DNA from: Octopus sinensis
Lineage: Eukaryota
Reading direction: 5' to 3'
NCBI RefSeq assembly: GCF_006345805.1
Contig: NC_042998.1
Coordinates: 142,786,001 to 142,850,000, forward strand
Length of the DNA stretch: 64,000 nt
Shown: positions 12,633 to 25,776 of the stretch, piece after piece
Layout of the letters: every line of letters starts with the position of its first letter
How positions within the stretch are numbered: position 1 is the stretch's first letter
Translations under genes and position numbers: made by a program
Notes under the pieces: model-generated
Database searches by the model: none
Seen by the model: only the letters and a program-made list of their open reading frames with translations
Told to the model about the DNA's origin: nothing

Positions 12633-12697
12633 ATGCATACATATATATATATATATACATATATATACATACATATACATACATACATACATATATA

Positions 12698-12733
<36 letters not shown>

Positions 12734-13084
12734 TGTATGTATATGTATATATATTCCAGATGAACAGTTTAAATAAATGCAATTTTAAAATTCCTTCATC
12801 CTAAGTCGTATATCCAAATTAGACTGAATCCTAATGTGAATTAAAATGTATTAAGAAGTGACTTTGTTTTCTGCTTATACGAGCACTTCATAAGTTTCTC
12901 TTGTGCCCTCTTCAGCGACTCTCTATCCCACGTGTCTGGAAAGACAAAATGGACTAAACAGAACAGAAGGAGACTCAAGGAAAGGAGAATCGCTAAAGAG
13001 GTCACAGGATGTGTGACTAAAGATTTCAGAAAAAGGAACACTAAGATAAAAATAATATAGCCGAAGTGAAGACCAAGTATATAG

Positions 13085-13232
13085 TGCTTGTGGTTAACTG
13101 GCAAAAGAGATCGATAGAATAAGTGCCAGGCTTTAAAAAATAGGTACTGGAGTCGATACATTCGACTAAAAATTCTTCGAGGCGGTGCCCCAGCATGGCC
13201 ACAGTCTAATGACTGAAACCAGAGATAATACA
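13085..13232 (+). mobile_element. 3' part of SINE family S4
   Basis: GATAGAATAAGT...GGCGGTGCCCCAGCATGGCCACAGTC...ATGACTGAAAC is the reverse complement of the tail of 27325-27742. Confidence 0.7.
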
Positions 13233-13988
13233 TATACAATTGTGGGTATTATAGGAACATATAATTTATATAATTTGCATATATGCATATATATATACAT
13301 ACACACACACATAGACACCAACGCACACAAAAATGCGCGCGCGCGTGTGCGTATGCATGTGTGTGTGGCTGTGTGTGTGTGTGTGGCTGTGCGTGTGTGT
13401 GTGTACGAGCGTGTGTGTGTTGTTTATTACGTGAATAATGTTTGGAACTGCATAGTTGTCCCCCTTAGTTGACTGCTGCTTTGCATCGAAATAATAGTTT
13501 CTATACACACACACGCACAGACGCGCTCACTTTCTTATATGCTCGCTCATATAAGAAAGTGAGCGAGAGAGTGAGTGAATGAGTGAATGAGTGAGTGAGT
13601 GAGTGAGTGAGTGAGTGAGTGAGTGAGTGAATGAGTTAGTGAATGAGTGAGAGTGAGTGAGTGAAGAGTGAGGGAGGGAGAGAGAAAGGGAGAATGAGAG
13701 GGGAGAAAGAAGAGAGAGAGGGAGAGTGAAACAGGGAGAATTATATATCATTTCCAAGCTAAAACTTCGCAAATATTTAGACCGAGTTACACGTCTTCGA
13801 TATTCAGATTCAATTGACCGATAGATAGATGATAGAGAGAAAGAGACAAGCAGACAGACATGTATAGATATTAAGATTAAATAAACGACAACAAATATTT
13901 ATATATATATATATACATATATTGGTAAAACGGTAAGATAACAAAAGAAAGAAAGAGACCTCAATATTATGTAAATAGAGGAAATTTT

Positions 13989-14184
13989 TCTATACAATAA
14001 TATGTTACATTACTCGATAGTCAAGATAAATCTCTGAGTTTCAGATGCCGAAGTGGGAATCCACGACATCTCTTCGGTTATCTGGCTATTTGAAAACCGA
14101 AGAGATGTCGTGGATTCCACTTCGGCATCTGAAACTCAGAGTTTTATCTTGACTATCGAGTAATGTAACATATTATTGTATAGA
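13989..14184. mobile_element. Fold-back element with about 90-bp arms carrying two head-to-head HHR-like motifs
   Basis: Arms 13989-14079 and 14095-14184 are reverse complements apart from two differences; each reads CCGAAGA-GATGTCG..CGGCATC-T-GAAA-CTCAGAG outward from the apex. Confidence 0.9.
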
Positions 14185-14205
14185 TATATATACATATATA
14201 TATAT

Positions 14206-14558
14206 TCTCTTATTCTTTTACTTGTTTCAGTTATTTGTCTGCAGCCATGCTGGAGCACTGCCTTGAGGATTCTTAATTGATCAGATCGACACCCGGATTT
14301 ATTTCTTTAGCCTAGTACTTATTCTATCGGTCTTCTAAGTTACGAGGACGTGGGGATAAACACAGTCGCAAAGACACACACACACACACACACATATATA
14401 CGACGGGCTTCTTTCAGTTTCCGTCAATCAATTTCATTCACAAAGATTTGGTCGGCTCGAGGCTATAGTAGAAAACACCCGAGGTGTCACACAGTGGGAC
14501 TGAACCCGGAACCATGTGGTTGGTGAGCAAGCTTCTTACCACACAGCTACTTCTGCGG
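14206..14558 (-). mobile_element. tRNA-headed SINE family S4
   Basis: Minus-strand head GCTGTGTGGTAAGAAGCTTG...GGTTCCGGGTTCAGTCCCAC; homologous to 27325-27742 and 61475-61960. Confidence 0.85.
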
Positions 14559-14596
14559 CTGTATGTATATGTGTGTGTGTGTGTCTGTGTGTGTGT

Positions 14597-14628
<32 letters not shown>

Positions 14629-14869
14629 ATCTATATATGTATATATATACACATACACACGCATATATATATATATACATATATGTATATGTGTATATAC
14701 AAATTGAGATAGGGGTTGTAAATGCAACCCTCCATGGGATAACATATATCCAATATACTGCTAGTGAAGTACCCAACAAGGTTAATACATAAATGTTAAG
14801 GATTGCGATGCAATCAATTCATTTACTGTATTATATGGGCAAAGGTAAAAAGTTTTACCAAAATTCATA

Positions 14870-15058
14870 ATACAAAATAAGAAAATGGAGAAATACATCT
14901 AAATCAAATATCAATTACCAGATAGTACTCAATCACATACTTTAATTAAATCACCACATAAGAAATTATATGTGGTGGTTTAATAAAGTATGTGATTGAG
15001 TACTATCTGGTAATTGATATTTGATTTAGATGTATTTCTCCATTTTCTTATTTTGTAT
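14870..15058. repeat. Fold-back with about 90-bp arms and 8-nt loop
   Basis: 14870-14960 and 14969-15058 are near-exact reverse complements; right arm is a T-rich tail with AATAAA running into (TA)n. Confidence 0.9.
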
Positions 15059-15059
15059 A

Positions 15060-15770
<711 letters not shown>

Positions 15771-15772
15771 TT

Positions 15773-16108
15773 GAAGGCGCGTGGCTCAGTGGTTAGAGCG
15801 TCGACCTTACGATCATGAGGTTGTGAGCTCGAATCCCGGACCGGGCTGCGTGTTGTGTTCTTGAGCAAGACACTTTATTTCACGTTGCTTCAGTTCACTC
15901 AGCTGTAGAAATGAGTTGCGACGTCACTGGTGCCAAGCTGTATCGGCCCCTTTGCCTTTCCCTTGGACAACATCAGTGACGTGGAGAGGGGAGGCCGGTA
16001 TGCATGGGCGACTGCTGGTCTTCCATAAAACAACCTTGCCCAGACTTGTGCCTCAGAGGGTAACTCTCTAGGTGCAAACCCATGGTCAGTGTCTGACCGA
16101 AGGGGGTC
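15773..16108 (+). mobile_element. tRNA-headed SINE family S3 with CORE-like block
   Basis: A box TGGCTCAGTGG 15782-15792, B-box-like GCTCGAATCCC, then TGTGTTCTTGAGCAAGACACTTTA; reverse copy at 41041-41302. Confidence 0.88.
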
Positions 16109-16116
16109 ATTACTAT

Positions 16117-16158
<42 letters not shown>

Positions 16159-16656
16159 CATACAGTTGAAGGTAATGTTATTTCTTCTGTGGAAACAATC
16201 TTCGGTGGCTATACCAGAATAAGGAGCTATTTCTAGCACTAGAGTTAGCCACTTAACGTTAATTCTCTTATATTTATGTATAAATTTGTACTGTCTCCCT
16301 GGTTTATATGTGCTAGGCCACTTGGTGTTAAACTGACGGTATTATTAAATTGATATCTAATTTTTCACGCTCATTTATGAATTTATATATATATATATAT
16401 ATATATGAATCAAAATAGTTTGATTCAAAATCGTCGGTAGTCTGAGAATTTAAAACGTGATGCCATTCAGTCATTTTTAATTCAAAATTCAAAATCTCTG
16501 AATAGCATCACACTTGAAATTCTCGGAGTATCAATGAATCATGATCGATGCATGTAACTTCCAATAAATGTGTTGGGTGCCCTTCTTTCGTTTGTCCACT
16601 ATACATAGTCTGATCAATAAGTATCCGGACTGTTGCCATAATAACGAAGTTTAAGC

Positions 16657-17429
16657 ACGCAGAGTGAAACCACTTGGCACAGATTGACCTTGAACTCTGC
16701 ACTGCATGCTCACCACATTTTAACGTTCTAGTTCACTTCCGCTGTTTACAGTAATGCTTGGAAGAAATGTGTGGAGCACATGATCGTCGCATTGACCATG
16801 ACAGAGAATGTTGAGCAGAGAATCTGCATAAAATTATGCCAAAAGCTTGGCGATACCTGCTCAGAAGCCTACGCAAAGTTTTCAGAATGTTTTCATCGTT
16901 ATCGACACAATCAAGGAGATCTTGTGCAACTGAAACCGAAGTGTCTTTTCGGTCAGCGGAAAGCAGTTTTGACACAAACTTGGCAGACACGCGTTTCATG
17001 CCCAAATCTTCAGTGATAATGGACTGAACTGAACCGTAACTGATCTGCACATCTTCTGATAACTCACGGATTGGGATTCGACGATTTCTCCTCACAGCTG
17101 CATACACATCTGCGATGTTTTTCTCGGTTCTTCTGTTTGCGGGTCTCCCAGAACGTTCGTCAATATCGACATTTGGAAACGTCTGAAGCACTCGTACACT
17201 TGTGTTTGGTACATACACTCCTCTCACACTTTCTGAAACTTTGTGCAGGCCTCTGAGCAAGTATCGCCATGACAACTTTCTCTGTGATGGTCAATGCGAC
17301 GATCACACGCTACACACTTTCCTTCCAAGTACTGCTGTAAACAGCGAAAGTGAGCTAGAACGTTAAAACGTGGTGTGCATGCACTGCAGAGTTCAAGGTC
17401 AGTCTGTGCCAAGCGGCTTCATTCTGCGT
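16657..17429 (-). mobile_element. Mariner 5' fragment with an inverted duplication of its own first roughly 240 bp
   Basis: Minus strand encodes DERSGRP...RRIPIRELSEDVQISYGSVQSIITEDLGMKRVSAKFVSKLL; plus strand 16798 onward encodes MTENVEQRICIKLCQKLGDTCSEAY; 16657-16895 and 17226-17429 are diverged reverse complements. Confidence 0.85.
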
Positions 17430-17479
17430 TCGATTTTTCTTTCTAGCTATTACTTCATTTAGAACTGATTTGTCTATAT

Positions 17480-17905
17480 ATAATAGATCATGCGTTCCTC
17501 TAGCCTTCTTCCTGCAACCTTTTTGTTCTTCTAGCAGTAAATTCTAGTTGTCAAGCTTCCCATAAATGCTTTCTGAAAGCATTCCTGTTAATATCTTCCA
17601 CACTAAAGGTAAGCAAGTGATTGGTCTATAGTTGCTAGGTGTATTACCCTTGCTCTATCTTTTATAACGAGTATTGTCCTCCCTCTAGCCATCCAATCTA
17701 GTATTATTCCTCCATTAATACAATCCTGAAATTCTTCACTCAGACTCCCATGTAAACTATTAATTTTCTTTGGCCAGTACCCTAAATCTGGTCCTGGGCC
17801 CTTCCAATTCGGCATTTTTCCCAACACTTTACTCATTAATGCACTAGTTAGTCTTAGATCTGGCTGCTTCTCACTCACTATTTCTTCCCTCACTTTTTAA
17901 AATCA
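17480..17905 (-). mobile_element. R4/Dong-like LINE RT N-terminal fragment
   Basis: KMPNWKGPGPD.GYW.KK...GRTILVIKD motif. Confidence 0.8.
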
Positions 17906-17954
17906 TACTGCATCTCCTTTATTATTATTGTTGTTGTTGTTGTTGTTGTATTAA

Positions 17955-18440
17955 AACTCACAAATTATATTACTGGGTATAAAGGAAAGTATCAGCTGTC
18001 ACAGCCAGCAGACTAAGATGACACTTGTTTTATTGGTCATGCTTCAAGAACCTTGCGAAGCATTCTTGCAGTTTCAAGCAATGCTGATTTCTGTAGGTGT
18101 TCTACCTTCACATATATACCAATCTTTTTGAGCCATATTGGTAGTTGAGTCCTGATTCTTCCAAGTGCGCCAATTACTATTGGTACCACGTCTACTCTCC
18201 TCATTGACCACAACCTTCGTATTTCCCGCTTCAAATCGTTATAAATCTTCATTTTTTCTTCTTTCTCTTTGATCCTGTTGTCACCGGGACATGCTATGTC
18301 GATTATCATGCATGTTCTTTCTTTTTTATTCATCACAACGATGTCTGGATTCCGATGTTTGATCAGGTGATCGCACTGAATCATTGTATCCCACAGGACT
18401 TTGCAATTTTCATTCTCGGTGACCCCGTCTGGGGTTTACT
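17955..18440 (-). mobile_element. R4/Dong-like LINE RLE domain and 3' end
   Basis: IQCDHLIKHRNPDIVV...IIDIACPGD...VVPIVIGALG...LQKSALLETARMLRKVL; (AAT/AAC)n tail on the minus strand at about 17915-17950. Confidence 0.9.
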
Positions 18441-18509
18441 CAAACAACACCTTTGCTCTTTGTAGATTGTGATTTCCACAGAGATTCCAATGGATCTATT
18501 ATTATTATT

Positions 18510-19385
18510 ATTCGAGCACAATCCGGAGTATTCGAGCGGATCCAAGCAGTGCTTTTCTGCAAGTGCTCCACTCTTATTGCAGCCCCTATTTATTCCATGC
18601 CGAGATTTTCTCAAGACCTTTACTCACTGTTTCCAGGGCTCCGATAATTATTGGTACTGTTACCACCTTTTTCAGCGACCACAACTGCTTAACCTCCCAA
18701 GCTAACTTGTTATATCTATCGACTTTCCTTTCTTCCTTATCGCATACCTTGTTGTCAGCTGGGCATGCTATAACTATGATCCAGCATAGTTTGCTTTCTT
18801 TTTCAATTACCACTATGTCTGGTTTCCTGTTCTCTATCTCATGGTCGCACTGAATCATAAAATCCCATAGGATCTTTGCATTATCATTTTCGATGATGCC
18901 TTTGAGTTTATCTTCGTACCACTTTTTTGCTCTGTCAAGTTCATACTTGTTGCAAAGTGTCCAATAGACAATCCCTGCTATATTGTCATTACGTCTATTA
19001 TGTTCTTTCTGGGCTAGTGGCGTACATTGACTGGTAATATGCCATTCAGTTTCACCATTTTGTCCACAAATTCTGCACTAATCACTTTCTGATGTGTTAT
19101 CTGTATTTGATGTAATTCGTTCTTAATGCTTTCTCTTGGGCAACACAGATCAGAGCCTCCGTTTCCGGTTTTAAATCACTTTTAGTCATCCATAGCCATC
19201 TTTTTTCTCTGTCTGTATTATCTTCAACACCCCTATGAAATTGTCCATGCATTCTTTTCTTTATTCATCTATTTTCAGTTTCATTCATTCTCAAATCATC
19301 GTACAGTGCTTTATCTTTGCAATCTTCCATCCTACACAAGCCTGACCTTCTTAATTCCAATAATAGCGATTCTGTAGCATTTTTT
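18510..19385 (-). mobile_element. Second R4/Dong-like LINE 3' fragment (zinc knuckle plus RLE)
   Basis: CRICGQNGET..HITSQC near 19040-19090 and KILWDFMIQCDHEIENRKPDIVV...VPIIIGAL. Confidence 0.9.
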
Positions 19386-19414
19386 TACATACCATGCTAT
19401 GCTGTTTTCTTCAA

Positions 19415-19550
19415 ATTCACCCTCAAGGCATCGTTCGACCTGGGGCGGTAGTAGAAGTCATTTATCCAAGATACCACACAGTGGGACTGAACCTGATGAT
19501 TGTAAAGCGAGCTTCTTACTCATCTTGCCATGCCTGCGCCTATGGATATT
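19415..19550 (-). mobile_element. Head of an S4 SINE
   Basis: CACACAGTGGGACTGAACC...CTTCTTAC, as in 14206-14558. Confidence 0.7.
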
Positions 19551-20247
19551 TTGTCAAGAATCGTTGACCTGGAATTACTTCCGAAATGAAATCGCGCTTC
19601 CGGTTTGAAATAACTCTACAGGCATAGTAATGCTTATAGCCGGAAATGCGAAAATTGACAGGTTATTGGCCTGAGAGATTATCTCTAAATGCTGCTATCG
19701 TGTTTTTGTTGGCTTTGGTTGCCGACTAGATCTGTCAAAAATATCTCTTACTCGCCATCCGTTCATAAGGAAGGGACATGAAATTTTTTTTCTCTTTCTT
19801 TTGGTGGTAAAGACAGTGGCTAAAATCAAAAAGGCTAAGAACTAGATTTTCGTATTTAAGTTTAAGGTGAGAGAAGAACTCTATAGAGCATTTTATGAAA
19901 GATGACTGGAGGATTTATTGGTGGATGGAAGGAAAACCCTTCAGTTTCCTGAGAAATCTTTGACTTTGAAGTGGACAGAATAAAATCACTCGTAGAAGAG
20001 ACTAGTCAGGATTTAATGTATGTATCTTGTACTTCCTAAGAAGCCATCTCTTACCTGTAAGGATCTTATAAATATATATATGTATATCATTGCTCTTATG
20101 CAAAAGTGTCGTAAGCCCAAAACGTTGCTTTTTCAGAAAACGAAAAAGTAGTTTCACCATTCCATAGCAAAATCGTTGTTTTCTTTCTTAATGCATGTTA
20201 CATTTTTTCTCTCACTATATCATGATAGCAATAATTATAGTATGTAA

Positions 20248-20600
20248 GGCGGCGAGCTGGCAGAAACGTTAGCACGCCGGACGAAATGCTTTGAGGTATT
20301 TCGTCCGCCGCTGCGTTCTGAGTTCAAATTCCGCCGAGGTTGACTTTGCCTTTCATCCTTTCGGGGTCGATTAAATAAGTACCAGTTACGCACTGGGGTC
20401 GATAAAATCAACTTAATCCGTTTGTCTATCCTTGTTTGTCCTCTCTGTGTTTTAGTCCCTTGTGGGTTGTAAAGAAATAGGTATTTCGTCTGTCTTTACG
20501 TTCTAAGGTCAAATTCCGCCTTTCATACTTTCGATCTAACCAACCGGCACCCTCCCCGTCAAAAAATTTCGGGCCTTGTACCTAGAGTAGAAAAGAATAA
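20248..20600 (+). mobile_element. S1 SINE, long form with a partly repeated head
   Basis: Starts GGCGGCGAGCTGGCAGAAACGTTAGCACG; B-box-like GAGTTCAAATTCC; ends GAGTAGAAAAGAATAATAAT. Confidence 0.9.
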
Positions 20601-20759
20601 TAATATATGTATCTGTGTATGTATACATGTGTGTGTGTGTATGTATGTATGTATGTATGTATGTATGTATGCGTGAATGTATGTATGTGTGTAGATAGAA
20701 AGATATACCCTAGACACACATACATGGCAGAGTATCACATAATATAGTGATTGTTTTTT

Positions 20760-21610
20760 TACTTGTTGAGTCTGGACGAAGGGAGAATGCTCATGACTTA
20801 GTGGGCCTTTCGAGATCAGTGAGACTGGTGCTATTACTGCACCATATAAGACTTGAGCAGCGAGGAGATTAGAGCGAGGTGTTCTGGGTAGGTTGAACTA
20901 CCAGCGCAGGTCCGAAATAGGTGAACTCAACAAAAACTGAATAGAGATGGAAAGAAGACTGGGTTGGGATTCCCGAGAGATAGATGTAGGAGACTAGGCA
21001 GCTCTGAAGAACAGAGGCCATTATAGTATAGATAGAAAAGACAGGGGAGGAGCCAATGTGCTTATGGGGAAGAAGTTGGTGTGTATCTGTAAGTGATTGA
21101 ATACAAATTTACTGAGTGGCTCTTTCTCTGGACGTGGTCCAAGGTATCAGTGTACATAGCAACACCGTCCCAGACGTCGGAAAACTGTGAAAAGAAATGT
21201 TGGTATGGCCCCACTGAAGTATTCTTTCAGTGTCTCCGTTTATTAAATCAGGACTTGTTTGGCTGCATGTGGTTGATATGTTTGAGGAAGGATAGAGAGT
21301 AATGAAAAGTTATGTCATCTTCATAAAAGTAGGCGTTGTTAGGTGGCAACAAGCAGGTCGTAGATATACAGAAGGAAAAGAGAGTGGGAGACAGAACAGA
21401 ACTCTGGGAAACACCAAAGTGGATTGAGAGTAGGGCGGAAAAAACTCCGTCAGTAGTTACCATGATAGTGCGATCAGGTAGGAAACTATAGATCCAAGAG
21501 AGAATGGATGGGGATTGTCTATAGGCGAGAAATTTTGACAGATTTACATACCGGTGGAAGATTGATAACCCACAGGCGAGTGACATAAAAGAGTTGGAAA
21601 ATTTCATGAA
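20760..21610 (-). mobile_element. Degenerate CR1/L2-group LINE RT and C-terminus
   Basis: ILSWIYSFLPDRTI.V..DG...GVSQSSVLSPTLF...YEDDITFH and WDGVAMYTDTLDHVQRK...LFYLYYNGLCSSEL. Confidence 0.85.
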
Positions 21611-21767
21611 GTGAGATTATCCAAATAATTAAGAGATAAAAATTCCTTCCAGGTGAACTTAAAATCTAAAAACAAGCAAGACATAATTCTAAGATCAGTT
21701 TGGTACACTAGTCGAAATGTGGCATTTTGATTGTCTTAGTCATTTGCGTTGGTCTCGTGATTATATA

Positions 21768-22276
21768 CCGTAAATACTCGAGTATAATCGGCATTTTTTC
21801 CCCAAAATTTAAAGGTCAAAATCCCTAGTGCGTCCTATATACGAGGTTAACAATGAAAAATTATTTTCTAAGCAATGTCCGAGTCTCTATTTCCTGTCCG
21901 GCAATGTTTATTCAGACGCATTTTGTGTTGTCGGGCGCGAAAATACTTTAATAACACCTAAGCCAGAAAACAATGAAGTCATAAAAGAATCATCCATAAC
22001 ATGCAGTAAGCAATATTTATTAAAAGTTATTAGTTATTTCTTTATTCTCTGCAAACAAAATGCACAAAAAAAGCTACGTTTGCATCATGTTATATCTACA
22101 ATAATAATAGGACGTTACCATATACATTTTTACAAACCAAGGACGTTATATAGAACTCCTTGACTAAAGTTAGAGGAGTGCGTATTATACACAAGGTTTA
22201 GGTTTTTCAGAGGTACAGCCCCCTAAAAATCGCTGCGTATTATATTCAAGGGCGGACTATACTCGAGGATTTACGG
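21768..22276. mobile_element. Non-autonomous pogo/Tigger-like (Tc1/mariner superfamily) element
   Basis: TA flanks; 19-bp TIRs CCGTAAATACTCGAGTATA / TATACTCGAGGATTTACGG with one mismatch. Confidence 0.85.
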
Positions 22277-22367
22277 TAACTGAAAATTGAACATTAGTAC
22301 TCAATTTACAATAATATACCTTATTTGAAGTACTTAGATGTGAAGAAACAAGATCAAGTGATTAAAT

Positions 22368-22611
22368 CAATGGTTCTCAACCAGGGTCCATATCGCCCTT
22401 GGGAGGAATATAGGATTTTGTTGCTATGGTTTATCTGCAATAAATCGCTTATATTTCTACAATATACAAAATGAACGAATTTTTAATACAATTCTTAATA
22501 TTTTGTATCAAAATAATAGCATTTTATTAAAACATCAAATGGCTTTGTGGGTCCACCTGAGTAAAATAGGAATCAAGGGGTTCTTTAAGCGAAAATGGTT
22601 GAGAGCCACTG
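22368..22611. mobile_element. hAT-like MITE
   Basis: Termini CAATGGTTCTCAACC / GGTTGAGAGCCACTG resemble Charlie-type hAT ends; 8-bp TSD not recognisable. Confidence 0.65.
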
Positions 22612-24497
22612 GGCTCAGTGGTTCAATTCCTTGAACGGACAGCGAGTTTCTCCTTGGGCACATTTATTTAATGATCAAGTATAAAGAGGCGGCTACACAA
22701 GCGCTGGGTTGGTGCAGAAGTCAACCGCTGACGAGCAGCGGCCGGCTTGTACTTCAGTTATGTCCCTTTGTGCCTTGCATTATCTCACCGAGGTTGAGCT
22801 TATAGTTTTTCCTTCGCTGTTGCAACTAACAGTTGATTAGAAAAATCTATTTAACGGATCTACTTCTCTCCAATTTTATAGTATTGCGTGAAAATTTGGA
22901 ATAAAAATTTTCAGAAATAAGTTTCCGGTCAATATTGTACCTAACAGCATTGTTTTCAAAATCAAAGCTATGTTAATGTAAATTCGGTCTTCTAGGGTCG
23001 ATAAAATACATAGCTGCAGGTTTTCAATTCAGAAGCGTCTTCAATATTTCCGCTGTATGCCCAGTAATAAAATACTAGCATAGAGTCCTTTGAAAATTTC
23101 TTCAAACCTTTATTTCCAACTAACATTAATTTTCGTAATAGAGAAGCGCTCAAACGTGTCCATAACATTGATTACATATCAAAATTATGGTTTTATAGTA
23201 ATACTTATTTGTCATTAAAATACATGACGTGCGAACACTAAATTTTGTTATACAAACCGGGGTCCAACTTCGAGGAAAGTCCTTCATCCTAACTCCATAA
23301 GATGGAGGAAATTTACTACGCATTTAAAATCAACCTTCCCATCCAAAACAATATTAAAGTAACTGTTAATTCAGCAGTAATCACAGACAAACTAAAGTCT
23401 ATGTAGCCGCTAAACTTGTTAGAAACAGCAGCTAAAATCCTTGAAATACTGGTGTCTTTCGAAGACAAGACAATGCAATTCTAGATGTAGTCTAGAGGGA
23501 AAAAAATTAAGCTTTCAGTGAACCGATGATTTCCGTTTGCAGCAGTCAGCTGTCGCTTGTCAACGCGTTCATCTGGAACATGTTCAAAATAGCCGAGAAG
23601 GGCTACCTGGAAGGAACCTTAAATTTTAAATATTCGATATTAACACTTCTCCGATAATCAACTTGTTCTATCTCGGTTTGTTATTCACACAACGAAATAT
23701 CTGATAGAAGACATACCACTTCCCCACAACGTTTACAGAACAGTAAATCGAGCTAACTAGGTTGGCTGTTACCTCGACCTAGCACGAAAACAAGCAGCCG
23801 CAATACCAGTGTTTAAATACATGGGGCGAACGTTAACGACTCAGACAACGAAATAGCAGCTAAATCATACCCAGCCTCAACTACTGGGAATACCTTTCAT
23901 AGCGTAATCTACTGAAGATTAATTGCTGGTATTTTTGGACGCTTGACATTTACTCGATCAGATGACCTGGGGGGAAAAAAGACACGCAGCGAACGAAATC
24001 TAAAAGACAATATCTAGGCCTAATACAGGCCACCTCTAAACCGACTAAACTTGCCCTTAAAGTGTTGGCTCTTCGGAACCCGCATTAAGATGTTTAACCA
24101 GTCAATTTAAGTACTGTGAGTATAACGAGACTAAATAATTTAGTCTCGTTAATCCTTGCATATTTAGGGTTTCCTTGATTTGAAAAATGAAAGTTTACAT
24201 CCGTTGGTCAGTTTGAAACGACTGCTTCCTGTTAACATCGACATGAATTGGACAAATCTTCGTCAGTTCCAGTTTTAGTGATCAAGACGAAAAATGAAAA
24301 TATATCTGCAATATGAAATAACAATCATAGCTCCGATGTCTGTCATAACCAACATCTTACACTGATTGGAAAATGGTTAAAGAAGCTTATCCACCCGATA
24401 AACATAAATAATACGTAGTAATAGATCTTGTTTATAACAGACATCTTCAATGTAGGATATAAAAGAAATAACGAAACTCATTAAATAAAGTTCATAT

Positions 24498-24503
24498 TTT
24501 ATT
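24498..24503 (-). promoter_or_regulatory. Candidate polyadenylation signal of the H1 gene
   Basis: First AATAAA I found on the minus strand downstream of the stop, about 715 nt away. Confidence 0.5.
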
Positions 24504-25218
24504 TGTACGTACATGGAACGTGACAAATTCCAAAATGAATCCCCACAAGAACCCTCTCAGAGTCAAATAGACAGTGTTCGTGGGCGAGATATAATGAAAG
24601 TTTGAACTAGTGTCAGTGTTGGGACTGGTGTTGTGATTAAATAAATACGCATTTGATTATTCATGAGGGATAATGAATGGCGTGATCAGTTCAGGATTCA
24701 CTCACAGAGTGAAGTTTAATATTAACGTTTTTCCCCTAAAGTAATCGATCGATGAAGATCGATGAGAAAAGTTTAAGGTGATGAGTTTTTAGTACAAATG
24801 TTTTTTTTAATATCCGAAGATATTATGGTGAGGTGAGAGTTGAATGATGAACATGACAAAACTAATTTGTATTCATGGGAAATGTGCTGAAAAGTGGATG
24901 AAATATTTTTGTATACAGCGATGAGCCAAAATACATTTTTTTTTTTGCCCTAAAAATATAGATTTTAAAAGTTTCTGGAATTAACAGACCAAATAGTTGG
25001 GGCAATCACAAGAGAAAACTTCCTCACACCAACTAACGTTATCGAAGCTGTCGTTGAGATGGATAGCAGCTCGAGAACTCAGACAATGTGTGTATAATAT
25101 ATGTACATCAGGATGTTAAGTAATGAAGAATGATTGTTTTCTGTTGTATTCTTGGAGGCTGCAGTCTGTATACAAAGTATTTCTATAGAAACATTAGTTC
25201 ACTCCCTTTAAACAGCAA

Positions 25219-25755
25219 CTATTTCTTGGATGCAGACTTCTTTGGCTTTGGTTTAGATTTGGTACTTTTTTTGGCAGCTGTTTTTGGTTTCTTTGGTGAT
25301 TTTGGCTTTTTCACGGGTTTGGCAACTTTCGCTTTCTTTACTTTTTTGTCTGTCTTCTTGGGTGACTTGGTTACTTTCTTCGGAGCCTTGGCCTTCTTTG
25401 GTTTTGTTTTACCGGCGCTCTTGGCCTTTGTCTTCTTTTTCTCTTCCTTTTTAGCTGAACCGAGCTTGAAAGATCCAGATGCACCGGATCCCTTGGATTG
25501 TTTCAAGGCCCCAGAACGTACACCACGTTTAAGACCCAATTTTAACTGTGCTATAGCCCCTTTGTCATCGGGAGATACTTTGTACTGTTTGACAATATAT
25601 TTGATAATGGCTTGACGAGAAGAACCCCCTTTTTCAGCAAGGGCAGTGATAGCTTCTGTGATCATGGTATTGTAAGCCGGATATCTGGAAGCTTTTTTTG
25701 CTTTTGCTGCTTTTTTGGTTGTGGCGGCGGCCTTCTGTTCAGTTGCTTCAGCCAT
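25219..25755 (-). CDS. H1: Linker histone H1, solitary, probably replication-independent type; 178 aa from MAEATEQK
   Basis: Winged-helix core YPAYNTMITEAITALAEKGGSSRQAIIKYIV...LKLGLKRGVRSGALKQSKGSGASGSFKL and Lys/Ala/Pro-rich tail with SPKK motifs; true ATG at 25755 (the track start at 25887 is an upstream non-ATG extension). Confidence 0.97.
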   Translation of the reverse strand: MAEATEQKAAATTKKAAKAKKASRYPAYNTMITEAITALAEKGGSSRQAIIKYIVKQYKVSPDDKGAIAQLKLGLKRGVRSGALKQSKGSGASGSFKLGSAKKEEKKKTKAKSAGKTKPKKAKAPKKVTKSPKKTDKKVKKAKVAKPVKKPKSPKKPKTAAKKSTKSKPKPKKSASKK

Positions 25756-25776
25756 GTCGGGTTTGACAGAAATACA

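Noticed and set aside
12915-13060. Exon-like stretch after a pyrimidine-rich CAG (DSLSHVSGKTKWTKQNRRRLKERR)
   Set aside because: No donor before the stop, no recognisable homology; may be LINE debris.
22660-22760. TATAAA followed by a structured CTGACGA-containing segment
   Set aside because: No GAAA or stem III after the core; preceded by a SINE-like B box and CCTTGGGCA, so probably an old SINE.
25100-25218. Histone 3' stem-loop
   Set aside because: Looked for after the H1 stop and not found.
25130-25615. 161-aa plus-strand Phe/Leu-rich ORF
   Set aside because: Antisense shadow of the Lys-rich H1 coding sequence.
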